IMG/VR virus record: IMGVR_UViG_3300034071_001628
Direction: 5' to 3' (one strand)
DNA: 64,000 nt
DNA from: an uncultured virus (IMG/VR IMGVR_UViG_3300034071_001628)
Lineage: Duplodnaviria; Heunggongvirae; Uroviricota; Caudoviricetes
A model generated the notes under the pieces. That model worked only from the letters and a program-made list of their open reading frames with translations. It had not been told where the DNA came from and did not search any database. Below are positions 9,541 to 19,079 of the stretch, piece by piece. The first letter of the stretch is position 1, and every line of letters begins with the position of its first letter. The position numbers and the translations under genes are program-made.

Positions 9541-10143
9541 ATGTTTCCGTCTATTCTTGTTGAAGTTGTTGAGTTTCTCAACAGCATTGTCATCTCTGTC
9601 AGTGAAAAGCATGGCGATGGTCGTGTGAATAGCATTGATGATGAAGATACTATCATTGACCTGTTGGTTGATAAGTATGGTAGTGAGAATGTAGAGAAAC
9701 CTGTAGAGCGTAACTGGTGGGATGTCAAGGTGTTTGGTTATCCTCTCAACATCAAATCTTCCAAGTATGGTAGTGCTGCAGATAATTTTACTTCGAAAGC
9801 AGCGATTCTGTATGCTCTGACTGACTTGCCCGAAGATAAAGTTAATGTTCAGCGTTGGAAGAAGTTTCAAGAACTTTTAAAGAATCATAGCAGCAAAGAT
9901 AATAATCGTGATTATTATATCATCTCATTGAATAAAGTTACTAACGAGGTTCATCTTACTTCTCTTAAAACTCTCAACAAACTCACTTCTAACGGTAACA
10001 ATCTTCCTTTCCAGATTGAATGGCGGGTTAATACTACTCCTGTTCAGCGTACTCATGCTGAAGCGTATGATTTTCTGGTAGGATGTTACAAAGAATCTGT
10101 TCTCAAAAAAATTACTGCCCATGAAGGTTATGATGCCCTTTGA
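9541..10143 (+). CDS. putative type II restriction endonuclease (PD-(D/E)xK-like)
   Basis: E-helix DGRVNSIDDE, then WWD...PLNIKSS; overlaps a methyltransferase gene. Confidence 0.55.
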   Translation: MFPSILVEVVEFLNSIVISVSEKHGDGRVNSIDDEDTIIDLLVDKYGSENVEKPVERNWWDVKVFGYPLNIKSSKYGSAADNFTSKAAILYALTDLPEDKVNVQRWKKFQELLKNHSSKDNNRDYYIISLNKVTNEVHLTSLKTLNKLTSNGNNLPFQIEWRVNTTPVQRTHAEAYDFLVGCYKESVLKKITAHEGYDAL

Positions 10144-10930
10144 CTTACAACTAGGTGACTGTCTGGAACTCATGAAAGAGATTCCAGACAATTCTATTGA
10201 TTTCATCTGCTGCGACCCACCTTATGGGACTACTTCCATCAAGTGGGATGAAGTTTTAGATTTTAACCAAATGTGGCAGCAATATGGGCGTATCATCAAA
10301 CCTAAAGGTGTGATATGTCTATTTGGTTCTCAACCCTTTTCAGCACAACTTATCTGCTCAAAACTAGAATGGTTCAGGTACGAATTAGTATGGAACAAGA
10401 ACAAATGTGGATCGCCTGGACTTGCCAAGTACAGACCAATGAAGACTCACGAGAACGTTCTAATTTTTTACAGGGAAACAGGTGGTACGTACAACCCACA
10501 GATGGAAAAAGGAGAACCGTACTCAAGAACAAGTAAGAATCCAGAGGGATACGTTGGTCGCAAGAATGACCATGGTTATGGTATGAAACCACGTAAATCC
10601 TTCAGTAATGAAGGTGTAAGATATCCCAAGTCTGTTCTTAATATCTCCAGAGACTTTAGTGCTCAACAACAGGTGCATCCCACACAGAAACCTGTTCCAC
10701 TAATGGAATGGTTAATCAAAACGTATTCTAATGAAGGTGAGATTGTTCTTGATAACTGTATGGGTTCTGGTTCTACTGGTGTTGCTGCAGTTAAATTAAA
10801 TCGAAAGTTTATTGGGATGGAATTTGAACAAGAATATTATGAGATTGCTAAGCAACGCATAGAGGATGCTATGCCAGTTGAGGAAGTGGCACAGGAACCC
10901 CAGAATCCGCTGCTAGAGGCATTATACTAA
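10133..10930 (+). CDS. site-specific DNA methyltransferase (N6-A/N4-C, beta class)
   Basis: GDCLELM, DPPY, HPTQKP, VLDNCMGSGSTG order. Confidence 0.93.
   Translation: MPFDLQLGDCLELMKEIPDNSIDFICCDPPYGTTSIKWDEVLDFNQMWQQYGRIIKPKGVICLFGSQPFSAQLICSKLEWFRYELVWNKNKCGSPGLAKYRPMKTHENVLIFYRETGGTYNPQMEKGEPYSRTSKNPEGYVGRKNDHGYGMKPRKSFSNEGVRYPKSVLNISRDFSAQQQVHPTQKPVPLMEWLIKTYSNEGEIVLDNCMGSGSTGVAAVKLNRKFIGMEFEQEYYEIAKQRIEDAMPVEEVAQEPQNPLLEALY
10870..10928 (+). promoter_or_regulatory. dyad-type early promoter
   Basis: TATGCCAGTTGAGGAAGTGGCACA-29 bp-TATACT. Confidence 0.8.
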
Positions 10931-10953
10931 CAAGGTAATCAACAAACGCCCCA

Positions 10954-11355
10954 ATGGCAACTCGCGGAAGAATCGGAATCGAACTTTCTGATGGCAGCAT
11001 TCTGAGCAGCTATCATCATTGGGACTCGTATCCCGAATGGTTGGGTCGCATCCTGAAGACGCATTACAATAGCAAAGAACTCGCTGCCGAACTGATTGAC
11101 GGTGGTGATATGTCTTCCTGCTGGACTAAGAATGACTATGAGAACGCATATCACCCCGAATACTACTCTCAGCGTGGTGAGAATTGCCCTCCTCGCCTTG
11201 ATGCTGACCTGTGCGAGTATCTTCTTCCTGATAACAGTGAAGAGTATGCTTATGTCTTCCGTGGTGGCGAATGGGTCTGCTACAATATGCACCAGTTTGA
11301 TGACAGCAAACTGCCTGAAGTTGTAGAGATTCCTTCTGCAGCACTGGCGGTTTGA
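10954..11355 (+). CDS. conserved hypothetical phage protein
   Basis: MATRGRIG...YHHWDSYP..LG motif seen in many phages. Confidence 0.75.
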   Translation: MATRGRIGIELSDGSILSSYHHWDSYPEWLGRILKTHYNSKELAAELIDGGDMSSCWTKNDYENAYHPEYYSQRGENCPPRLDADLCEYLLPDNSEEYAYVFRGGEWVCYNMHQFDDSKLPEVVEIPSAALAV

Positions 11356-11395
11356 TCCGCTTTCTGTTATAATACCCAAGTAGTTGAGGATCATT

Positions 11396-11521
11396 ATGGA
11401 CCTGTCTGAACTGATTGACGAACTGCGGGAAATCGCAATGTATGAGTCTGACCCTCAAGATTGGATGGGATACCTGGGTGATGACGAACCCTGGGTGCCA
11501 GATTCAGAACTGGCATACTGA
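11396..11521 (+). CDS. small acidic protein (41 aa, MDLSELIDEL...)
   Basis: Read by hand; GAGGA RBS and upstream TGTTATAAT. Confidence 0.6.
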   Translation: MDLSELIDELREIAMYESDPQDWMGYLGDDEPWVPDSELAY

Positions 11522-11552
11522 CCTCCCAGACCCCTCTGGGATGCCCTATAAT
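11494..11552 (+). promoter_or_regulatory. dyad-type early promoter
   Basis: GGTGCCAGATTCAGAACTGGCATA-29 bp-TATAAT. Confidence 0.75.
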
Positions 11553-11573
11553 ACGTTCATACGCAACCAAGCA

Positions 11574-12005
11574 ATGACCACCACCTTCGCTGACTACGCC
11601 GCCGCTGCTGAGGCACGGAAAGACATCGCTGCTGCTGTTCTGGGGCACACCTATGCCCTCTGTGAGGCACTGCGTCAGAACTACATTGATTATTCCATCC
11701 GTATGCATGAGCGTTGTGATGATAACCTGGAATATCATCAGGCACAGATTGCTAAACTGAAGGAAGGTACTTGTGATTATGACTTCTACCCCGAAACGGG
11801 TCGTAAGTATCACAAAATCATTATGAACGCTGCTGGTTCTCGTTCAGTTCATGCTTTTATAGATAAAAAGACTGGTGAAGTCTATAAGTCTGCCAGTTTC
11901 AAAGCACCTGCCAAAGGTGTTCGCTTCGACCTTCGCATCATTGAGCAACGTGAGTGGTTGCTGCAACACGCCGACTGGGCAGGTGGTTATCTCTATCTTC
12001 GCTGA
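11574..12005 (+). CDS. conserved hypothetical phage protein
   Basis: GRKYHKI...SVHAFIDKKTGEVYKSASFKAPAKGVR; start set by the promoter position. Confidence 0.75.
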   Translation: MTTTFADYAAAAEARKDIAAAVLGHTYALCEALRQNYIDYSIRMHERCDDNLEYHQAQIAKLKEGTCDYDFYPETGRKYHKIIMNAAGSRSVHAFIDKKTGEVYKSASFKAPAKGVRFDLRIIEQREWLLQHADWAGGYLYLR

Positions 12006-12008
12006 GCA

Positions 12009-12386
12009 ATGAAACAACTATTCCTACTACTCTCCCTTACTTTTCTCTCCATTCCAGTTCAGGCACAGCAAGTGACTGAATTTCAGGAATGCACCAGAAC
12101 TCGTGAGGTTTATGTCCCAGGATATTATGATGGGTATGGCAACTATCAACAGGGATACGTGAATACCGAACGTTATAATGTTCCATGTAATGGTGGATAT
12201 GGTAGGTATAATCGGTATAATTCCGATTATCGTCCTAATAGAGGTGTTTATTGTGATCCAACAAAAACTGCTTTAGGTGGTATTCTAGGTGGTGGTATTG
12301 CTGCTAGCATGAGTCGTGGAGATGGTTATAAATGGTCTGTTCCACTTGGAGTGTTTCTTGGAGGTGCCGCTTTCGGATGTAACTGA
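12009..12386 (+). CDS. secreted protein with C-terminal glycine zipper
   Basis: Signal peptide; GGILGGGIAA...LGVFLGGAAFG. Confidence 0.7.
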   Translation: MKQLFLLLSLTFLSIPVQAQQVTEFQECTRTREVYVPGYYDGYGNYQQGYVNTERYNVPCNGGYGRYNRYNSDYRPNRGVYCDPTKTALGGILGGGIAASMSRGDGYKWSVPLGVFLGGAAFGCN

Positions 12387-12447
12387 TGACTGCTAAAGAC
12401 AAACTCATCTTCATTTCTTCGTTCATTTGGTTTTTGCATTGGGGGCA

Positions 12448-12924
12448 ATGTCTTACATCACGTATTCTGGATACGGTTATTCTAAACTCCTCTGTGAGGA
12501 CGTTACCACTTGGTTTCTGAATAAGTTTCTTCCCCGTCATAAGATTGAGGTGGAGATTCTTCACCGTGGTCTGCGTCGTGAGCAGGTTTATGGATATTGT
12601 GACTATGTGGGTGAATCACGTCGCCCACGTGAGTTTCTGATTGAACTTAACACCCACATGTCCGAGGAGTTGTATATAAAAACTCTTTTGCATGAGCTGG
12701 TCCATCTGCGACAGTGGGTAGTCGGTTCGCTGCGGTTCCGATACGGAAAATTGTGTTATTCTAAAGAACCTGTCGAAAAGTACGACTATTGGCATCAACC
12801 ACACGAAATAGAGGCACGGGAGCAAGAAGAAACCCTATATCTGGAGTACCTGTTTGAGAAGAACGGATGGACAGATCATCAAGTGGCACAGTTCTTCCCG
12901 AATCGCCTGATGAGTGCCCTATAA
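12448..12924 (+). CDS. HExxH zincin-like metallopeptidase domain protein
   Basis: TLLHELVHLRQ...PHEIEA. Confidence 0.7.
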   Translation: MSYITYSGYGYSKLLCEDVTTWFLNKFLPRHKIEVEILHRGLRREQVYGYCDYVGESRRPREFLIELNTHMSEELYIKTLLHELVHLRQWVVGSLRFRYGKLCYSKEPVEKYDYWHQPHEIEAREQEETLYLEYLFEKNGWTDHQVAQFFPNRLMSAL

Positions 12925-12925
12925 T
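12867..12925 (+). promoter_or_regulatory. dyad-type early promoter
   Basis: ATGGACAGATCATCAAGTGGCACA-29 bp-TATAAT. Confidence 0.7.
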
Positions 12926-12949
12926 TACAAGGTAATCAAGGGAACCGCA

Positions 12950-13111
12950 ATGGTCACCGACACCACCCAGGACGCCCAACTGCGCCGCACCATTCAGAAA
13001 AAGATTGAGAATGAAATGCCTCTTCAACTTCTGAAGCGGATTGTTTATGAGGTTCGTTGTGAAGAAATGGGCATCCGCCCTGATGGTTGGAAACTCTACC
13101 CCGAAGAATGA
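12950..13111 (+). CDS. hypothetical phage protein
   Basis: ORF MVTDTTQDAQLRR... directly after the promoter. Confidence 0.65.
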   Translation: MVTDTTQDAQLRRTIQKKIENEMPLQLLKRIVYEVRCEEMGIRPDGWKLYPEE

Positions 13112-13404
13112 TGGACAAACCAATTCTTATTAAACAATTTGCAAACCGTTGGTATTTGCACTGGGCAGATAATGGTCGAACCATTGCATCATTCCCATCA
13201 GAATTTGAGGCTTACGCTGCACGACGTTCTATGATAGAATACAATAAGAAAGGAGAAATTTAATGACCTATTGGACTACTAAACTGAATACTGCTACAAA
13301 TCGTCGCCTGGAAAAACTTGAAAGTGAGGGTGTAAAGATTGATACTGCAACTCATCAAGGACGCCAAGTGATTGGTTATAATTATCTGGAAGTTGTAGGA
13401 GAAG

Positions 13405-13635
13405 ATGATGAGACTGAGTGAAGAACGACTTGAGCAAGTGATTGGGTGGGCAATTGTTGTTGGCATCGCAGGTAATCTTCTTCTATGCCTGAATCTCTAT
13501 CGTCAAATGGGAAACCTTGAGTATAAGGTGAATCAGTTGGATAGCAATTTGTATTCTGCAATTCAATCACTGAGTGTTGAAGTGTATTCATTGAAAAATT
13601 CTAAACCAAACAACCGTAATGGAGAGTTTGAATGA
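13405..13635 (+). CDS. single-TM coiled-coil protein
   Basis: Hydrophobic segment VIGWAIVVGIAGNLLLCL. Confidence 0.6.
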   Translation: MMRLSEERLEQVIGWAIVVGIAGNLLLCLNLYRQMGNLEYKVNQLDSNLYSAIQSLSVEVYSLKNSKPNNRNGEFE

Positions 13636-14021
13636 AAAAACTACTTCTACTTGTAACTCTGTTGCTGACTTCTCCTGCATTTGCACAGACGGCACCAACT
13701 GTCGCTAAACCGAAAGTTTATCGTCCATTTGTGTATGAAACTCCTTGTGCTCTGGATGTAGGTCTTCAGGCTCAGTTTGATACCTGTAAAGTAGTTGAAA
13801 CCCGTGAAACTGGCGGAGCACTGCGAACCCGCAATATTTACTCTAATCGATTTGGTCTGACCATTAAGTCTTGGTTTGATAAGGAGAAGGGGTTTATGAC
13901 TTGGGACAGTCATAACAAGTTTGCCTATAAATGGGAATATAAAGTTAGTGGCACTGGTGACCAGGGTGCTTGGTCACTGGTGATGCCTGGTTTCTTACTT
14001 CAAAACGTATCTTGGGACTGA
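13632..14021 (+). CDS. secreted hypothetical protein
   Basis: Signal peptide MKKLLLLVTLLLTSPAFA. Confidence 0.7.
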   Translation: MKKLLLLVTLLLTSPAFAQTAPTVAKPKVYRPFVYETPCALDVGLQAQFDTCKVVETRETGGALRTRNIYSNRFGLTIKSWFDKEKGFMTWDSHNKFAYKWEYKVSGTGDQGAWSLVMPGFLLQNVSWD

Positions 14022-14027
14022 TAACAA

Positions 14028-14230
14028 TGACTGAAGCAACTGTACAACTGAATGTTCATGAAATTGGTGTGATTCTATCTGCACTTCAAAATCTTGAGAA
14101 TGCTGATGAAAATAGAATTGCAAGAGAATATGGAAGTGCTCCAGCACTGTATAACAAACTTTATTCCTACTGGGAACAGATGGATAGGTCTGAGACTGGG
14201 CTTAGGAATGATGTAGTTCCCTCTTTTTGA
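14028..14230 (+). CDS. hypothetical phage protein
   Basis: ORF MTEATVQLNVHEIG...; start approximate. Confidence 0.55.
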
Positions 14231-14261
14231 TGCTATAATTACTAAAGATTAAAAAATATAC

Positions 14262-15884
14262 ATGAGTAAAGAAATAAAAAAGATTGTGGTTGTCGGTGGT
14301 GGTTCGGCAGGATGGATGTCTGCTGCCACCATTGCAACTCAAATTCCTGAAATTGATCTAACTGTCATCGAAAGTCCAGACTTTGCTATTCTTGGTGTGG
14401 GTGAAAGCACCTTGGGTGGTATTAAGCACTGGACTTCTTTGCTTGGATTGAATGATAGAGATTTCTTGCATAAAACTGATGGAATATACAAATTAAGCAT
14501 TAAATTTACTGATTTTGAAGGAAAGGGGACTGGTTCCTTTCACTATCCATTTGGGATGTCTACGGTTCCTCATGAACAACTGAGTAGAAATGATTGGTAC
14601 TTAGTTAAACAACTAAGACCTGATGTTCTGGATAAGAACTCATATGCCCGTTGTTTTTATCCAATCACTGCTGTTGCTGAACAAAGAAAAATATCAACAG
14701 ATGGTACTGGAAAGACTCCAGGATTTAATTTTAACTTTGATGCTGCTTATCATTTTGATGCAACAGCATTTGGACAATACTTGAAGACTGCAGTTTGTCT
14801 CCCTAGAGGAGTCAAGTTGATTCATTCAACTGTAGATGGTGTAGTTACAAATGAGAACGGAGTTGATTATCTTAAACTCAAAGATGGATCAACAATTACC
14901 GCAGACTTGTTCATTGATTGTACAGGATTTAAGAGTATGCTCTTGGGTGGCGCTCTTGAAGAGAAGTTCAATTCGATTTCTCACATCATTCCAAACAATA
15001 AAGCATGGGCGACACATATTCCATATAAAGATAAAAAGAAACAATTAGAGCCATTTACAAACTGCACTGCTCTGACAAATGGTTGGGTATGGAATATTCC
15101 TTTGTGGTCTCGCATTGGTGGTGGATATGTCTATAGTGATAAGTACATTTCTTCAGAAGATGCTCTGAAAGAATTCAAGAATCACATTAAGCACACTCAT
15201 CGTGTTGATCCTGAAGAATTGGAATATAGACCAATTGATATGAAGTTGGGTTTGCATAATCAGATTTGGAAAAAGAATGTGATTGGTATTGGTCTTGCTG
15301 CTGGATTTATTGAACCACTGGAAAGCACAGGATTGCTAACAACATATGAATTCCTTCTTCCTCTTGCCCATACTCTCCGCAGAAATAGGATTGTTAATCA
15401 GTGGGATAGAGATGCTTATAATTTTTCAATGAGTCAGACCTACTATCAATTAGCACAATTTGTAGCATTGCATTATGCAATCAGTCCAAGACATGACTCT
15501 GACTATTGGATGGATATTACTGAGAGATGTAGAATCTCTGCAGATGTTAATTCAACAATAGCAGATACTTTATCCATGCAAAGTAAGGTTGGGGATATTG
15601 TTGCAACCAGTGAGTTTATGTTCACTGCAAATGCCCGATACAAGTTTGGGGAATATCAACCAGGGGCAGGATTTCAATGTATTGCTGCAGGTATGGATTA
15701 TTCTCCTGTGGATGCACATCTACATTTGGCAATGGGTAAGTTAAAAGGATTAGATTGTGATGCATATTTGGATTACCTATCAGATGTTTTTACTGGTTGT
15801 CAAAAACACTATCAGTCCTATGCATCACAATGCCAGTCAATGTATGACTATTTGAGACAAAACATTCACAGAGGGTCCACTTGA
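14262..15884 (+). CDS. flavin-dependent halogenase, tryptophan halogenase (PrnA) family
   Basis: GGGSAG, GVGEST, catalytic-position Lys in YKLSIKF, FIDCTGF, GWVWNIP, FIEPLESTG. Confidence 0.92.
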   Translation: MSKEIKKIVVVGGGSAGWMSAATIATQIPEIDLTVIESPDFAILGVGESTLGGIKHWTSLLGLNDRDFLHKTDGIYKLSIKFTDFEGKGTGSFHYPFGMSTVPHEQLSRNDWYLVKQLRPDVLDKNSYARCFYPITAVAEQRKISTDGTGKTPGFNFNFDAAYHFDATAFGQYLKTAVCLPRGVKLIHSTVDGVVTNENGVDYLKLKDGSTITADLFIDCTGFKSMLLGGALEEKFNSISHIIPNNKAWATHIPYKDKKKQLEPFTNCTALTNGWVWNIPLWSRIGGGYVYSDKYISSEDALKEFKNHIKHTHRVDPEELEYRPIDMKLGLHNQIWKKNVIGIGLAAGFIEPLESTGLLTTYEFLLPLAHTLRRNRIVNQWDRDAYNFSMSQTYYQLAQFVALHYAISPRHDSDYWMDITERCRISADVNSTIADTLSMQSKVGDIVATSEFMFTANARYKFGEYQPGAGFQCIAAGMDYSPVDAHLHLAMGKLKGLDCDAYLDYLSDVFTGCQKHYQSYASQCQSMYDYLRQNIHRGST

Positions 15885-15932
15885 TGAACTGGCATACTCT
15901 GCCCTGACTCTGCCCTGACTCTGCCCTATAAT
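15873..15932 (+). promoter_or_regulatory. dyad-type early promoter with 11-bp tandem repeat in the spacer
   Basis: GGGTCCACTTGATGAACTGGCATA-30 bp-TATAAT; ACTCTGCCCT(G) x3. Confidence 0.7.
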
Positions 15933-15956
15933 ACTAAGGTAATCGAGGGACACCCA

Positions 15957-16220
15957 ATGACCACCTTCCCCACTCTCCAGTCTGCAGACGGCACGATGCT
16001 GGTTGGTTACTATCCTGTCAAGACGCCTTATGGTGATATTAGTCAGGAATGGTGCCTGCAGGTTCTGTCTTGGAAAGGTGTGGATCAAATCTCCAAGAAG
16101 TTTCTGAATCGTGTTGAGAAGACTCTTGCGATTCGTGAGCGTCTGGCACTGGGTTATGTCGAAACTGGTGACAACTCCGACCTGCCTCAACTTGGTAATC
16201 CTTTTCATGGTGCTTGCTGA
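15957..16220 (+). CDS. hypothetical phage protein
   Basis: 87-aa ORF after the promoter. Confidence 0.7.
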   Translation: MTTFPTLQSADGTMLVGYYPVKTPYGDISQEWCLQVLSWKGVDQISKKFLNRVEKTLAIRERLALGYVETGDNSDLPQLGNPFHGAC

Positions 16221-16538
16221 TGGCATTTACAACTGATGAACTAAGTGCGATGCTCAACATTCTTATGAAACATCCTGATTGGGTTGATCTTTCGGAAAAG
16301 ATTGGTTATGATGTACATAACTTGAACCGAAAGATTCTTTCTGAAATGTCTGCTGCTATTCTCTACGACCTTGATTGCGGATGAAACTCTATTTTTATGC
16401 TCTACTCGCAGTTGGCGTTATCTTTGGTTGGAATTTGTTTCTAATCCAACGTGATAACAAAATGTTTGAAGGTTACAAGAATCGCCAAGCACAAATCTGC
16501 GAACAAATGAAATCTTTTCACCCTGATTGTCACATAGA

Positions 16539-16844
16539 ATGATTATTGCCGCTTTGATGTGTGGTATCGCTACATATTACGGTGTTGGCGATGGTTTCCA
16601 TGGACAAAAAACCGCCAATGGTGAACGGTTTGATGCTTATCGTTGGACTGCAGCTCATCCTCATTTGCCTATGGGCAGTAAGATCAGGGTGACAAACCAA
16701 GATAACATGAAGCAGGTGATTGTTCGCGTCAATGATCGCGGACCTTACTCTCATGCAGACTTAGATTTATCTTATGCTGCATTTGCCCATATTGCATCAC
16801 CTCAAAAAGGTAATGCAACTGTCTGTTATCGTATTATTGGATGA
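16539..16844 (+). CDS. RlpA-like double-psi beta-barrel (lytic transglycosylase family)
   Basis: ATYYG..FHGQKTANGERFD...TAAH..LPMG...VRVNDRGP...DLSYAAF. Confidence 0.9.
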   Translation: MIIAALMCGIATYYGVGDGFHGQKTANGERFDAYRWTAAHPHLPMGSKIRVTNQDNMKQVIVRVNDRGPYSHADLDLSYAAFAHIASPQKGNATVCYRIIG

Positions 16845-16846
16845 TT

Positions 16847-17047
16847 ATGAACGACGAAGACATTAGGCAGTTTATGACCGCATTTGAGGATTTTATGAAA
16901 CACGCAGAAACTGAAATTGATGCCCACAAAAAATGGCAGGAAGCACGTAATTATGTAACAGGGGGCAATCATCGTCTCAATTTCATTGAGAAAAAAGCAG
17001 CAGAACTGAATGTTTCTGTTGATTATTATCTTCAGGAGTTTGTGTAA
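16847..17047 (+). CDS. hypothetical protein ending KAAEL..DYYLQEF
   Basis: Shares its C-terminal motif with 23418-23564. Confidence 0.7.
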   Translation: MNDEDIRQFMTAFEDFMKHAETEIDAHKKWQEARNYVTGGNHRLNFIEKKAAELNVSVDYYLQEFV

Positions 17048-17239
17048 TGGATCAAAAAACAAAATTGATTCTGGCACAGATTCAGGTTGAAAATCTTCAT
17101 AAACTTCTGAGTGATGGGCAATATGCTGGATTTTTTTCTTCGCATTTGCTTCCAATTAAGTTTGAGATTGAGCGACAATTGAACTGCTTGACAGGAAGCA
17201 ACAAATACACTAAAATTAAGGAGTAATTTACACACAACA

Positions 17240-17473
17240 ATGAAGTATCTTTATCTGGTTGATTATTGGGTTCCGTTTCCTTCTTCTGAATATGGTGGCG
17301 TAGTTAGTGTCATCGCAGAAAATGATAACGAGTGCCATGATGTTCTTCTGGACTGGCGTGATGAGTATGAGAATGCACACGATTCTCGGATTATGGAACG
17401 TGTTGTTAATGCCCATAAATTTGCTCTTGCCAATGATGAAGACTCCCGCATTGTTGATTCATTCACGACATGA
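17240..17473 (+). CDS. conserved hypothetical phage protein
   Basis: YLVDYWVPFPSSEYGG; upstream TTGACA-17-TAAAAT. Confidence 0.7.
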   Translation: MKYLYLVDYWVPFPSSEYGGVVSVIAENDNECHDVLLDWRDEYENAHDSRIMERVVNAHKFALANDEDSRIVDSFTT

Positions 17474-18120
17474 GTATCAAACTAATTGATCGCACAATTT
17501 GGCCAACATTCCCATCAATGGTCTTTTCCTCAAAGATTGAGAGTAAAAGTTTGTTGAACCAGGTTGCATCTGATGTCATGAAACTGACCAAAGATGAAAC
17601 TATGGGGAATAAAGCAGGAACTGTTGGTTGGCATAGCAATCACAACCTGCATAATCTACCTCAGTTTGAAGAACTTGCCGACCTTTTTCTTCAGGAAGCA
17701 GTATCCGTCATGGATTATATGACGGTCATTCGTGATGAATCCTATCTTACAAGTATGTGGGCAAACGTAGGTTATCGCCCTGAATATTCGCATCAGAATC
17801 ATATTCACCCCAATTCATTGCTGAGTGGTGTTTTGCACGTTTCAATGCCTCCAAGTTGTTCAGGAACTGCATTTTCCGATCCACGCCCAGGAGCACGAAT
17901 CTTTGAACCCAATCACAATGAATTAAATGCAACGAACTCAGGTGTATTCATTCCTAAATTTGAAGAGGGTACGTTGTTGATATTCCCATCTTATCTTCCC
18001 CATGGTGTTCCCCAAACATATACATCCTATGGTAAGGGTAAGAATCGTATTACAATCAGTTTTAATGCAATGATTCTGGGAGATATTACGACACGAACTG
18101 CACCACTTTCACTGAGGTAA
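17470..18120 (+). CDS. 2OG-Fe(II) oxygenase-like protein
   Basis: WAN...HIHPNSLLSGV...DPRP...FPSYLPHGV...RITISFN. Confidence 0.85.
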   Translation: MSIKLIDRTIWPTFPSMVFSSKIESKSLLNQVASDVMKLTKDETMGNKAGTVGWHSNHNLHNLPQFEELADLFLQEAVSVMDYMTVIRDESYLTSMWANVGYRPEYSHQNHIHPNSLLSGVLHVSMPPSCSGTAFSDPRPGARIFEPNHNELNATNSGVFIPKFEEGTLLIFPSYLPHGVPQTYTSYGKGKNRITISFNAMILGDITTRTAPLSLR

Positions 18121-18123
18121 TTC

Positions 18124-18288
18124 ATGGACCAACTGTATAAAATTGTTGAATTAGAAACCACAGGTTGGGAAGATATTGACCCCCAATATCACAAACTGAC
18201 CAGAGAACAAGCAATGCAATGTATTCTAACTCTGATTGAGGATGGATACAATCCCAATCGTATTCGTGCCGTTGTTGATAACGACTGA
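18124..18288 (+). CDS. hypothetical phage protein (54 aa, MDQLYKIVELETTGW...)
   Basis: Read by hand; GAGGT RBS. Confidence 0.6.
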   Translation: MDQLYKIVELETTGWEDIDPQYHKLTREQAMQCILTLIEDGYNPNRIRAVVDND

Positions 18289-18302
18289 ATTGGGATATAA
18301 CG

Positions 18303-18584
18303 ATGAACATTGATTTTCCACACAATGCACCAGAGGGAATGTATTATGAGCAGACAGAGTTTAAACGCAATGTTGTTGCTATCTGGATTCATTACGACCG
18401 TAGGTTTGATTACAATCTGGGTGATGCCGTTCGTTGTATCTGGGGGTTCTACAACACCAAAACAAGAACATATTATTCCCCCATCAACTCCAAAAGTGTT
18501 GGACAGTCGGTGGATATAAGGAAAACAACTCCTTATTCTGCGATGATTCCTAAGCAAACACCACTTGAATCTGCATTTGTATGA
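18303..18584 (+). CDS. conserved hypothetical phage protein
   Basis: 93-aa ORF. Confidence 0.7.
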   Translation: MNIDFPHNAPEGMYYEQTEFKRNVVAIWIHYDRRFDYNLGDAVRCIWGFYNTKTRTYYSPINSKSVGQSVDIRKTTPYSAMIPKQTPLESAFV

Positions 18585-18886
18585 GTTACATTCCTGAAGT
18601 CAATGATTATGTCACCTGGACCAAAGGTGTTGAGGGTTGGGTGTATTTCAAGGATGTAGAGTACATCACAATTGAAGTCAATGTCAAGCCCAAGGATAAG
18701 ACTAACTATGCTGCCTGTAAGTTGCATTCCAATGAGCGATTGCTAGTTCTGTGCTATAATAATCAGTGGAAAGAACTCACCTATGTAAGGTCAAGACAAT
18801 CTGTTTATGATAATGAAGAAAAGGAAGAGGACAAAACTTTGGCGATGGTGGGCGAAAGCACTTGGGGAGAAAGCGACGAAAAATGA
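18581..18886 (+). CDS. hypothetical phage protein
   Basis: 101-aa ORF, ATGA coupling. Confidence 0.7.
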   Translation: MSYIPEVNDYVTWTKGVEGWVYFKDVEYITIEVNVKPKDKTNYAACKLHSNERLLVLCYNNQWKELTYVRSRQSVYDNEEKEEDKTLAMVGESTWGESDEK

Positions 18887-19061
18887 CAGAGAAGCAGACC
18901 ACATTGCTCATATACGGACTGTTATATTCGGTACTTATCTCATTACTAATCTATTCATTATCGCAGGGGTCGTAAGACATTGGAATGACAATGAAATACC
19001 AAGTTGTATATTACAAATCGAAGAAGAACAAAACAACCAAACAAACCGCAGTTTTCTTTAA
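18813..19061 (+). CDS. small membrane protein
   Basis: WRWWAKALGEKA...READ then a TM segment. Confidence 0.6.
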   Translation: MKKRKRTKLWRWWAKALGEKATKNDREADHIAHIRTVIFGTYLITNLFIIAGVVRHWNDNEIPSCILQIEEEQNNQTNRSFL

Positions 19062-19079
19062 CATTGAGGATGCTACATT

